Below are positions 55,995 through 64,000 of a stretch of 64,000 nt of DNA, one piece after another. The position numbers were made by a program, and so were the translations under genes. The notes below the pieces were generated by a model, which had not been told where the DNA came from, did no database searches, and was given only the letters and a program-made list of their open reading frames with translations. Position 1 is the stretch's first letter; every line of letters starts with the position of its first letter. Origin of the DNA: Candidatus Bathyarchaeota archaeon (GTDB taxonomy: Archaea > Thermoproteota > CALKCG01 > B24); assembly GCA_018396755.1 (NCBI GenBank), contig JAGTQM010000008.1, forward strand, positions 6,595 through 70,594, in the 5' to 3' direction.

Positions 55995-57158
55995 CTACCA
56001 GTTTAACGGTCTATTTACCCTATATTTTCTACTCATCTTTAGGAATTCTCTAAAGTTTTCTATGTTCATTTCATATGGTATGTCGCCTTCAGAGCTCAGT
56101 ATAAATCCTCCGCTTGAACTGCCTATTCTCAGCCTATCAAACAAATGCCCTCTAAGTTCTTCTAAACTCATATATCCCATATGCTTGCTCAACCCTCCTT
56201 GAAGACACAGCCTATCTCCATAATCTTCCTTCAACCTCTTCAAGTCCATGTTGTCTGAAGGACCAATTGGGTTTAAAACGTCCAATTTAGCTTCAACTAG
56301 TAGTGGCACTATGGCGTTTATGTTCCCATGACTGTGCATATTCACGAAAGCTCCATGTTTATGTGCCAGCTCTATGGCCTTCCTATGCCATGGATATATG
56401 AGTTCTTCGTAGAGTTTGGGGTGGATGAACATCCCCTTATTGTAGCCTAAATCCTCAACCCAGCCTATCATCAAAGCCCCACGCTCTAGAAGATTCTTCT
56501 CAGCCTTAAGGTTGAATTCACCTATCTTCGCTATAAGCTTCTTGTAGAATCCGCGTCTAATATAGATGTCTTTAAGCGTTACTTCCAACGGTCCTCTGAG
56601 AAAATACCAGACACCCGAGAAAAACCCGTTTATACTGGAAATAGGGAAGAAGCCTCTATCTACCACATACCTGATAGCCTTCTCAACCCCCTCATACCTC
56701 TCAGGGTCTTCTGGATCTGGGAGTTCAAGCTTCTCTAAGTCTTCTTCACATTCAATGGGATACTTGATATACTCTCTAGCCCAAATCCTCTTAGCAGTAC
56801 CCATACGCCATAGAGCCCCAGTCTCCCATTCTACAACATATGACTCATCGCTGGCTTCGACGGTTCTTTTAACTCTAAAACCTCCACTGCCAACGCCTAC
56901 GATAAAATTGTCCATGAAATCGGCTTCTTTAAGCACTCTATCTAAGCTTGAGAATTCTCTCGACACTAATCCATAAGCGGCTTTCTCAGCCTCCTTCACA
57001 ATTCTAACGCCTTCTTCAATAATCGGGAGAAATTTAGCCCTAGCCATTTCATTTGTAAAATCGATAACTTGAGGAGTTACAGGCGGTTCCTCGTGCAATA
57101 CTGTAGCAAGTACGCATTCAAACCTGTTGACCAAACTCAAACCTCCATTTATATTCAT
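55995..57158 (-). CDS. uroporphyrinogen-decarboxylase (URO-D) family protein, MtaA/CmuA-like
   Basis: Its 387-aa length and overall URO-D-like C-terminal pattern fit (NMHSHGNINAIVPLLVEAKLDVLNPI, LQGGL). This is a family-level call only. Confidence 0.7.
   Translation of the reverse strand: MNINGGLSLVNRFECVLATVLHEEPPVTPQVIDFTNEMARAKFLPIIEEGVRIVKEAEKAAYGLVSREFSSLDRVLKEADFMDNFIVGVGSGGFRVKRTVEASDESYVVEWETGALWRMGTAKRIWAREYIKYPIECEEDLEKLELPDPEDPERYEGVEKAIRYVVDRGFFPISSINGFFSGVWYFLRGPLEVTLKDIYIRRGFYKKLIAKIGEFNLKAEKNLLERGALMIGWVEDLGYNKGMFIHPKLYEELIYPWHRKAIELAHKHGAFVNMHSHGNINAIVPLLVEAKLDVLNPIGPSDNMDLKRLKEDYGDRLCLQGGLSKHMGYMSLEELRGHLFDRLRIGSSSGGFILSSEGDIPYEMNIENFREFLKMSRKYRVNRPLNW
56067..56342. repeat. 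direct repeat copy B (276 bp, identical to 54586..54861)
   Basis: It lies inside the 3' third of the full-length URO-D-family gene. Confidence 0.9.
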
Positions 57159-57199
57159 CCATTAAACTTGATTAAAAGCTCTACTGGAATCCTTAAAGC

Positions 57200-57631
57200 T
57201 CACGGCTTTATTCTTCTTATTTCACTGATCAAATCGAAATCTCTATCAAAACTTACTAAAGTACTTATCTTATTCTCTAAAACTACCGACACATGGATCG
57301 CATCCCTAGGTCGAAGCTTGTACTTCTCCATTACTTCTTGCGCTTTAAGAATCGTCGTCTTTCTCATTCCGAGAAACTTTAAATTTGGAAAACTGAGAAG
57401 CCTCTTTTCCTCTATTATTGAAAAGCCTACTCCGAAGATTCTCCTAATGATCCAAGTAACTTCACCCCATGTAAGTGTAGAAGTATAGGCGTCGATCTCT
57501 CTAAGTGCTATTTTCAAGAGGAAATCTCTAGCTCTCTTCGCCTCAGCTACTGAAGATTCGTCGTAAATGACCAGATATAAGAAGATATTTGAATCAATGT
57601 AGAACAAATCGTCCCTCAACTTCTTTTTCAA
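57200..57631 (-). CDS. vapC: PIN-domain toxin
   Basis: It has the motifs LFYIDSNIFLY, ...TWGEV and ...PRDAIHV...SFDRDFD. The start could instead be the TTG at the LFYID codon, which gives a shorter overlap with the antitoxin. Confidence 0.8.
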   Translation of the reverse strand: MKKKLRDDLFYIDSNIFLYLVIYDESSVAEAKRARDFLLKIALREIDAYTSTLTWGEVTWIIRRIFGVGFSIIEEKRLLSFPNLKFLGMRKTTILKAQEVMEKYKLRPRDAIHVSVVLENKISTLVSFDRDFDLISEIRRIKP

Positions 57632-57857
57632 TTAACTTTTTCAAATCGATTTTCTCTTTCAATCTCCCGCTATTAATTGAACAGAAGTCTTCAACGAATT
57701 TAGATGGGTCTTCCTTAGGTCTAATCAATACACCTTCTTTTATAAACTCCATTATAACATCATCTTCTGGTCCAATGCCTAGGAAGTCTCTAACGATCTT
57801 TGGAATAACTATTTGCCCTTTACTCCCAAGCTTCCTCTTGATCAATATTCTAACCAC
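57594..57857 (-). CDS. vapB: AbrB/SpoVT-type antitoxin
   Basis: It has the GSKGQIVIPKIVRDFLGI motif and lies directly upstream of the PIN gene. Confidence 0.8.
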   Translation of the reverse strand: MVRILIKRKLGSKGQIVIPKIVRDFLGIGPEDDVIMEFIKEGVLIRPKEDPSKFVEDFCSINSGRLKEKIDLKKLIEKEVEGRFVLH

Positions 57858-57929
57858 TAAGTATGAATATGTTCAACTTTTAATTTAAACCTTATCACAT
57901 AGTGTAGGTCATGGATGGAAGGGCTTAGC

Positions 57930-60900
57930 TTATTGAGCGCGGCGACTAACGTAAACAACTACTTCTACGGGCTTCCCCACTTTACCAATGTTTACTAAAC
58001 CTTCTTCCCTACTATAGTCAGTCCAGTCTTTACCTTCTACTTCCACTCTTTCAATTTTAAATTCCTCTGGATGTCTAAAGTATACATGTATTGATCTTGG
58101 TGTTTTTCTCGTAGGTGGTATTAGCTTCATCATTATAAATCCATCGGAGACTTTGGATTCGACTTCGAAAGATAACGGTCCAAAATAGGTAGCGGCGTTT
58201 TTCACAGATATTCGCTTTCCGTCTTCAAGCCACTTACGTGGTACAGCTGGCATGAGGATGAGGGTATCTCCTCTCTCGTAAATCAGCATGAGTCTCAAAC
58301 ATTGGCAGGCTATGGATTCATCTGAAGTCTTAAAATGGTCTCCAGCCCAATCAGCCATTGTCGGTAGCGGGTGCTCAGTCAGCATCAGTACATCTGGGTA
58401 GAATGCTACAGCGAAGGAATTGAAGAAAGCCCTTAGAAACCTCTTTACATCCATCCTCAGGAGATATGGAATTTGAAAACCGTAAAGATTCGGTTGCATT
58501 GAAAAACCGCCCCTGCTGAACCAGTATCGGTCGATATCTGGAATAGTATAACCATACTTGTCTGAAATGTACCGGTTGTCTTCGTAGTCTTTCAGTATCC
58601 ACTCCGCCGTTTGAGAATTTGGATCTATCAAACAGCATAGGATTAAATGCATAGCGCCTTCGAGTGTTTCACGTATCCATCCCAAGTCTCGACCACGCCT
58701 CTCAGGTCTCGAAGGAATGCGCGGAATCCAAGTTTCATCTCTGAGTCTAACCACGGGGTTTCTAATCATGGCCTCCATAATCCCAGCCAGTAGGTCTCTC
58801 CCATAGGCTTCGGCTTCACGTTTAAGCCCAGGGGCTTCAGGATGCCCTATGTCACTTAAGACTTCAGCTACAGACTTCAAACCCCTATAAGCGTGAGCAT
58901 TCGTCGCAATCCAACACCAAAACTCTGTAACGTCTTCGAGAGAGCCTTGAGGCAGGAAGCCATACTCGATAACCCGTCTTCCGAAGGCATCCGTCTTCAT
59001 GGTGGCTTTTCGCTCTTCTATTATCCAGTTGCAGGCTTCAATAAGGTTGGAAGCTACTTTCTTAAGCCACTCCTTATCTCCAGTGTATTTGTAGTGTTCT
59101 GCGAAAGTCCATAGAACCCAGCCGTGATGTTGACCGTACTCTCCACACTCATAGCCTCCAGCACCGTAGAAGACGCCTTTAGACGTAGAGTATCTGCCAG
59201 TCATGACCGCTGTACCCTGATAATGCGTAAAGACTTCCAGTCTCCGCTCAGCTTCATCATGCAATCCCCTCCTATCCAGCTCGCTTATTATCATGGCGCT
59301 TTCATTTGCGAAAACCCCGTAGTTGAAAGAGCTTACTCTACACATGTACCTTTGAGAATTAGGCTCTTTGTCATCCGTTATGTGGACATGGCTTAAATAC
59401 GCCCTGTAGAAGTCGCTCAACCACTTGTCTGGAACGTGTATCTGCATACCTCTGTCGAGTAATCTCCTCCAATACTCGACAACCTTCACCCTCTCAGCTT
59501 CATAGTCTAAGCTTTTCAACTTCTCAAATTCGAAGCCTTCAAGAAGCGTAATAGATGGAATCTTCACGTAAATAGTGTGAGATTCACCTGGATCAATGTC
59601 AATCGTGTATACGAGACTACCGTTCAGGTTTTCAACTCTTCCATGCCCCTTTAAATCAAGCATGTATCTAAACCTCCGACTCGGAGCCTTCTCAGGATAT
59701 AGAGCGTAAACAAATCCATCTTCATAAGTCAGTTTCTCTTCTACTCCTTTAGCATCCCGCCAGTGGTTTTTACAAATCGATGAAAGCTTCAAATTTAAGC
59801 TTCTACGCGATAAGGCTTGAGATGTAAACGTCAGCTTCACCATGCATACGATTGGGTCGTCTCCGTCTACAAACTCCTCCCCCTTAAGATCATCAAGGAC
59901 ATTTTTAAATAGGAGCGTGGCGAAAACCTCCTGCCCGTATGTTATGCCGTCTTCAACCCATTTTGCACGTACAATAGGTAGAAAACCGTCCTCCAACATT
60001 CTCTCTTCAGGCTCATGATTTGGAAGTCCAAAGCTGTACGCTACGGTATCTCCATCCCATAGAAATCTATCAGAGTATTTCCCCCTCACTCTAACGTTCC
60101 AAAGCTTTGGAATGAATACTACTCCTCTAGTGTCTACTCCAAACTTCTGCCTACGCCCCTTACAGCCAACTATAAAATGTATGCTCCTCCTCTTGGTAGG
60201 CATCTCTTTCCAAGCTCTCTCAAGCGTCTGCTCAGGCATTTTCTCGATTAAATCATATATCGACGTTAAACCCTTCTCGGAAAGCTCACGCTTGTATGTT
60301 TCAAGTCTGAGCTTTTCAGAGGATTTTGAAATAAGCACGTCGTATTCTCTTATGAATATCGCTCTCTCCCTCTCTAAATCCTCCATTGAAAAGGAGAAGC
60401 TGAAAGCTTTAGACCTAACGGTGACTATTGTTTCATCGAAGCTCTCAGCTCTACCGCTATGTGTATACCAGATCCTTGCTTCAATACCATCCGTCTCATT
60501 ATGTTCGACTTTCGACCTCCAAGAATTCTCAGACACGACTTCAACCCTACTATTGGGGCTTAGGGGTTTTAAACCTGCAAACTCGCCGTTGAACACTTCG
60601 ATAAATCCATCCCAGGTTCTTTCATAATCATCTCCACAACCCCACTCAATGGAGACATCCATAATCTTCCAAGTGGAATCTGTGTATACTTCAAAGCTTT
60701 CAACTTCAGGCAGATCCTTAGAAGACAACAGTCTAATTTTCAAGGTTCTACGGTACTCTACATCGTAATCTTTAACCTCTGGAAACTCTACGCTGACGGG
60801 TTTAAACTTAAACCTCCAAACAGAGCCATCAACGTCCAAGTAAAATTCAGCACTCCTCCACTGACCGTTATAGAGGTCGTCTATAGGACCCCAACCTGAG

Positions 60901-61127
60901 AAGCCAGCTCCCACAGTCTCCCTAAACTTAGGCCAATGGCACTGCCAATACTGCAGTCTAACATCCTCCACCTTCAAATCCCTAGGCGGAGATTTAAACC
61001 GTACAACCACAGCGTAGACATCCCTAGGATCACACCATAAAACACCAAGCTCCCTAGGCCTAATCCAAGACTCACCATACTTAGCGACATTCGCATAAGC
61101 ATTTTCCTTAGGAGCATGGTAGAACAT
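57930..61127 (-). CDS. large (1065 aa) cytoplasmic protein with an (alpha/alpha)6-glycosidase-like C-terminal half
   Basis: The long uninterrupted ORF has segments such as GGYECGEYGQHHGWVLWTFAEHYKYTGDKEWL, reminiscent of six-hairpin glycoside hydrolases. The family is not identified. Confidence 0.4.
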   Translation of the reverse strand: MFYHAPKENAYANVAKYGESWIRPRELGVLWCDPRDVYAVVVRFKSPPRDLKVEDVRLQYWQCHWPKFRETVGAGFSGWGPIDDLYNGQWRSAEFYLDVDGSVWRFKFKPVSVEFPEVKDYDVEYRRTLKIRLLSSKDLPEVESFEVYTDSTWKIMDVSIEWGCGDDYERTWDGFIEVFNGEFAGLKPLSPNSRVEVVSENSWRSKVEHNETDGIEARIWYTHSGRAESFDETIVTVRSKAFSFSFSMEDLERERAIFIREYDVLISKSSEKLRLETYKRELSEKGLTSIYDLIEKMPEQTLERAWKEMPTKRRSIHFIVGCKGRRQKFGVDTRGVVFIPKLWNVRVRGKYSDRFLWDGDTVAYSFGLPNHEPEERMLEDGFLPIVRAKWVEDGITYGQEVFATLLFKNVLDDLKGEEFVDGDDPIVCMVKLTFTSQALSRRSLNLKLSSICKNHWRDAKGVEEKLTYEDGFVYALYPEKAPSRRFRYMLDLKGHGRVENLNGSLVYTIDIDPGESHTIYVKIPSITLLEGFEFEKLKSLDYEAERVKVVEYWRRLLDRGMQIHVPDKWLSDFYRAYLSHVHITDDKEPNSQRYMCRVSSFNYGVFANESAMIISELDRRGLHDEAERRLEVFTHYQGTAVMTGRYSTSKGVFYGAGGYECGEYGQHHGWVLWTFAEHYKYTGDKEWLKKVASNLIEACNWIIEERKATMKTDAFGRRVIEYGFLPQGSLEDVTEFWCWIATNAHAYRGLKSVAEVLSDIGHPEAPGLKREAEAYGRDLLAGIMEAMIRNPVVRLRDETWIPRIPSRPERRGRDLGWIRETLEGAMHLILCCLIDPNSQTAEWILKDYEDNRYISDKYGYTIPDIDRYWFSRGGFSMQPNLYGFQIPYLLRMDVKRFLRAFFNSFAVAFYPDVLMLTEHPLPTMADWAGDHFKTSDESIACQCLRLMLIYERGDTLILMPAVPRKWLEDGKRISVKNAATYFGPLSFEVESKVSDGFIMMKLIPPTRKTPRSIHVYFRHPEEFKIERVEVEGKDWTDYSREEGLVNIGKVGKPVEVVVYVSRRAQ

Positions 61128-61278
61128 ATTTCGACCGTGACTTCATTGCACGCAGGCCCATATAAACATTAAGTTTGAGAGCCGTATAAAAGACCCGTAA
61201 CAGACCCCCTTCAACTATTAAGAACCAGCTTCATAGATAAGTAAGATATATATATCTTCAGAGGAAAATAGCTAATGG

Positions 61279-63318
61279 GTGAGGAAGACGTCGAAGGAAG
61301 TTGTAGAGGAGAAGATAAACTGGCCTCTATGGATTACACTAGCAATCGTTGTAAATGTGCTAGCTAATGTCGCGCAGGTAGTTCTTAACATCCAAGGTGG
61401 GGCCTTCGGCTGCCTCTATACCATGGGCATATCATCAATACCATTTACCTTGCCTACGCTTGCTTTAATTCTACCTATGCTCGCATACCTTACAAAATTC
61501 GCGGGTAAAGTAAGAATAAGCACATCTTCTCTAGTTTACCTGTATACAATAGGTCTTGTCTCTTCTCCAGCGATCGCTACCACTGCCAATGCTGCCCGTA
61601 GCCCTGTAGGCTTTGCAAGCAAAGTTTGGAGATCTGAACCAGCCATTCGAGATGTTATGAGCAAATCATGGTGGGTTCCACCAGAAGCCGCTGTAGCACC
61701 GACTTGGGGTGCTGGAGGACCAGTAGACTGGAATGCATGGATTCCACCAATACTCTTCATATTCCTATTCCACCTCATAGTTTTCATAATAGCATCCAGT
61801 CAAATGTGTATATTGCGTCGCAGATGGATAGAAGTAGAGAAAGTTCCATATCCATTTGCCATAGCTATATGGGAGAGCATTAGAAACATACATGGATTTG
61901 AGGAGGTTAAGTATAGGAGAAGACCATTCCTTGTAGGGATGATTATAGGAATCATACTATTTCTGCAGATAATGTTTACAATGCTCTTACCATGGTGGCC
62001 TGACGTAATAGGATGGCGTATGTTAAGCCCGGCTGCTACTGGCTGTGTAGATACATACTGTCCAGATGCCCTCAGACCAATAGGCTCCACTATGGTAGCA
62101 TTGATGAGAATGAACGTGCAACCCATAAACTACGCTATTGCATACCTAGCCCCTCTAGATATTCTACTTACATCATGGCTTCTATGGGTAATCTTCATGG
62201 TGATAGCTCAGATTGCCTACATTACAGGAGGCTACTACACGGGTGCTTTAGGAATCAGTGGGATGTGTAGATCATTGGGGTGGCAGTATGGCGTTTCACC
62301 TAATTGGCATGCTCCGCTCTATTTCTCTTGGATGTCTATGACTGGTGGTATGGTTGCTCTTATTGTGATGATAATATGGTATAGTAGAGGGTATCTCAAA
62401 GACGTCTTCAGAGCCGCTCTTGGGAAACAACCGTCTGTCATTAAGGAGGCAGAGCTTAAGGAGCCCGTTAGCTATAGGACGGCGTTTTTGCTCTTACTAG
62501 TGGGATGTGTATTATTCATAGCATTCTTAGCCTCGCTTCAAGTAGACTTCATACTGGGTGCTATATTCTTCATATTCGGAGGCTTTATATATCCATTAGC
62601 TGACGCATATAGTAGAGGTCTTACGGGATTCGACTATGCCATGTTGAGGGTTAAATGGCCTGGTTGGCCGGTTCACCTCATATGGTCTCGACATCCAGGC
62701 ACATATACGACTGGTTGGTGTAATGTTCTTCTGCTGTTGCACTGGGGAGTGGATGAGCCCTCTAACGGCCCCAGTACATGGGCAGAGGTTACTATGCAGA
62801 GCTTCAGAATGGCAGATCTATCACGTGTCAGCCCGAAAAATATCTACAAACTGCTGCTCATTTCTCTTATAATAGCTTATGCTATAACTTTGCCGTCTAA
62901 AGTGCTGTGGGCTCACCTTTTCGGAGCCAGATATCCTCACTGCCTCAGTGGATATGAATGTGATGAATGGGCTGAGGGGCCCTACAATACCTTTCCTCCG
63001 TCTAATGAGCTCATAGGTCCGATCGTGGCAGGCTTTATAATATTCATACTACTTTCATCATTAAGAACTAGGTTTGTCTGGTGGCCTCTGCATCCTGTGG
63101 GATTTCTAATAAGCGGCTCTGCCAATATGGCCTTCACTGGTGCTTGGACTAATTTTCTAGTTGCTTGGGTTGCTAAGTGGTTGACGCTTAGAGTGGGTGG
63201 AAGCAAAGCCTATGAAGAATACGGTGTGCCTTTTGCCTCTGGCATAGTAGCGGGTTTCGTTATAGTGGTAGTTGTAGGGATAATTATAGGACTTATAAGA
63301 TGGTTCATACCATTCTAA
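61279..63318 (+). CDS. polytopic membrane protein (at least 12 TM), unknown function, possible transporter
   Basis: This 679-aa protein is highly hydrophobic, rich in Trp/Gly/Pro, and starts at GTG. It is divergent from the glycosidase-like gene. Confidence 0.6.
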   Translation: MRKTSKEVVEEKINWPLWITLAIVVNVLANVAQVVLNIQGGAFGCLYTMGISSIPFTLPTLALILPMLAYLTKFAGKVRISTSSLVYLYTIGLVSSPAIATTANAARSPVGFASKVWRSEPAIRDVMSKSWWVPPEAAVAPTWGAGGPVDWNAWIPPILFIFLFHLIVFIIASSQMCILRRRWIEVEKVPYPFAIAIWESIRNIHGFEEVKYRRRPFLVGMIIGIILFLQIMFTMLLPWWPDVIGWRMLSPAATGCVDTYCPDALRPIGSTMVALMRMNVQPINYAIAYLAPLDILLTSWLLWVIFMVIAQIAYITGGYYTGALGISGMCRSLGWQYGVSPNWHAPLYFSWMSMTGGMVALIVMIIWYSRGYLKDVFRAALGKQPSVIKEAELKEPVSYRTAFLLLLVGCVLFIAFLASLQVDFILGAIFFIFGGFIYPLADAYSRGLTGFDYAMLRVKWPGWPVHLIWSRHPGTYTTGWCNVLLLLHWGVDEPSNGPSTWAEVTMQSFRMADLSRVSPKNIYKLLLISLIIAYAITLPSKVLWAHLFGARYPHCLSGYECDEWAEGPYNTFPPSNELIGPIVAGFIIFILLSSLRTRFVWWPLHPVGFLISGSANMAFTGAWTNFLVAWVAKWLTLRVGGSKAYEEYGVPFASGIVAGFVIVVVVGIIIGLIRWFIPF

Positions 63319-63421
63319 ACATCTCCATTTTTATTTTTCATGTAGTTTAACTCATAATAGTTAACTAAGCTAAAGGCTTAAATAATTACAAGGTGAACAA
63401 TTAAATACCCGTCGGTTAGCC

Positions 63422-64000
63422 ATGAGTATAGCTGGGAAAATAATTCGCATTAATAGACTTTTCAATCCGTTGAGTAAAAGGTCATTAATGATTAAAGCAG
63501 AATGTAACATGAAGATAGGAGGGGAGTTTAGTGACGTAGAAAAAATTGTTTACTCATTCAAGGATTGCTGTGATGGAATAGTATTGAATCCTGACCATGT
63601 GAAGAAGTTGTTCCGTTATTTCCTTGGGAGGCATGCTCCAGCGTTAATTGTACAAGTTAAATCGTCGGTTGTTCCCCCTCGACCTGATGAAGCTAGTACT
63701 ATATTCTATCCACTTATTAAAGATGCCATATCAGTTGGAGCGTCTGCGGTAATAGGCTCATTTTTTGTCGGTCATGAGAAGGATGAAGACGAAGCTGGAA
63801 ACGTGAGATTCATTTCTTTCCTCGCTAGAGAAAGTGAAAAGATCGGACTTCCACTAATTGTCGAATGCATCCCATTCGGTGAAAGAGTAACGAGGGAAAA
63901 CTTTCCTAGATGTGTTGAATTGGCAGCTAGAGTATCTACGGAAGCGGGGGCAGATATAGTAGCAATACCTTATGTTGGAGAACCAGCAATACTTCAAAAA
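63422..64000 (+). CDS. DhnA/DeoC-LacD-family class I aldolase-like protein, 3' end beyond the window
   Basis: My hand translation is open for 193 codons to the window edge. The pattern GASAVIGSFFVGHE...GLPLIVECIPFGE...AARVSTEAGADIVAIPYVG matches the archaeal FBP aldolase / ADH-synthase family. Confidence 0.6.
   Translation, partial: MSIAGKIIRINRLFNPLSKRSLMIKAECNMKIGGEFSDVEKIVYSFKDCCDGIVLNPDHVKKLFRYFLGRHAPALIVQVKSSVVPPRPDEASTIFYPLIKDAISVGASAVIGSFFVGHEKDEDEAGNVRFISFLARESEKIGLPLIVECIPFGERVTRENFPRCVELAARVSTEAGADIVAIPYVGEPAILQK

Noticed and set aside
1-64000. CRISPR arrays, rRNA genes, intact IS elements or integrases
   Set aside because: I saw no regularly spaced direct repeats, no rRNA-like sequence and no intact transposase or integrase ORF. 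The only mobile-type elements are the intein, an HTH remnant and the TA modules.

Overview
This window looks like a 64-kb chromosomal segment of a thermophilic archaeon, probably Thermoproteota-like. Supporting signs are an intron-containing tRNA with a canonical 37/38 splice site, an intein-split herA next to nurA, a C-terminally anchored solute-binding protein, many GTG/TTG starts and frequent 4-nt stop/start overlaps. I support about 60 protein genes and 2 tRNAs. I saw no rRNA and no CRISPR array. From left to right the window contains: (1) a redox and oxidative-stress cluster with trxB, a Rieske protein, arsC, a hemerythrin/DUF438 protein and a flavodiiron protein; (2) four paralogous small winged-helix proteins beside a stand-alone nurA-herA operon, whose HerA P-loop carries a 537-aa LAGLIDADG intein; (3) sugar and central-metabolism genes, including GH5 and other clan GH-A hydrolases, MFS transporters, glutamine synthetase, an enolase-superfamily enzyme, Fe-ADH, glyoxylate reductase and nadX/nadC; (4) a three-gene operon encoding a small tail-anchored protein, a MoxR-like AAA+ ATPase and a vWA protein; (5) a DtxR-regulated metal ABC importer with a recognisable DtxR-type operator; (6) a rearranged right-hand region. 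That region holds a ccdA gene with an apparently circularly permuted TlpA-like thioredoxin-fold protein, and a 276-bp perfect direct repeat that duplicates part of a URO-D-family gene around a vapBC cassette. It also holds a second AbrB-PIN module, a 1065-aa glycosidase-like protein and a large polytopic membrane protein. The best candidates for uncharacterised biology are the four-paralog wHTH cluster with nurA-herA and the MoxR/vWA/tail-anchored operon. All functional calls rest on motif recognition by eye. No database search was possible.
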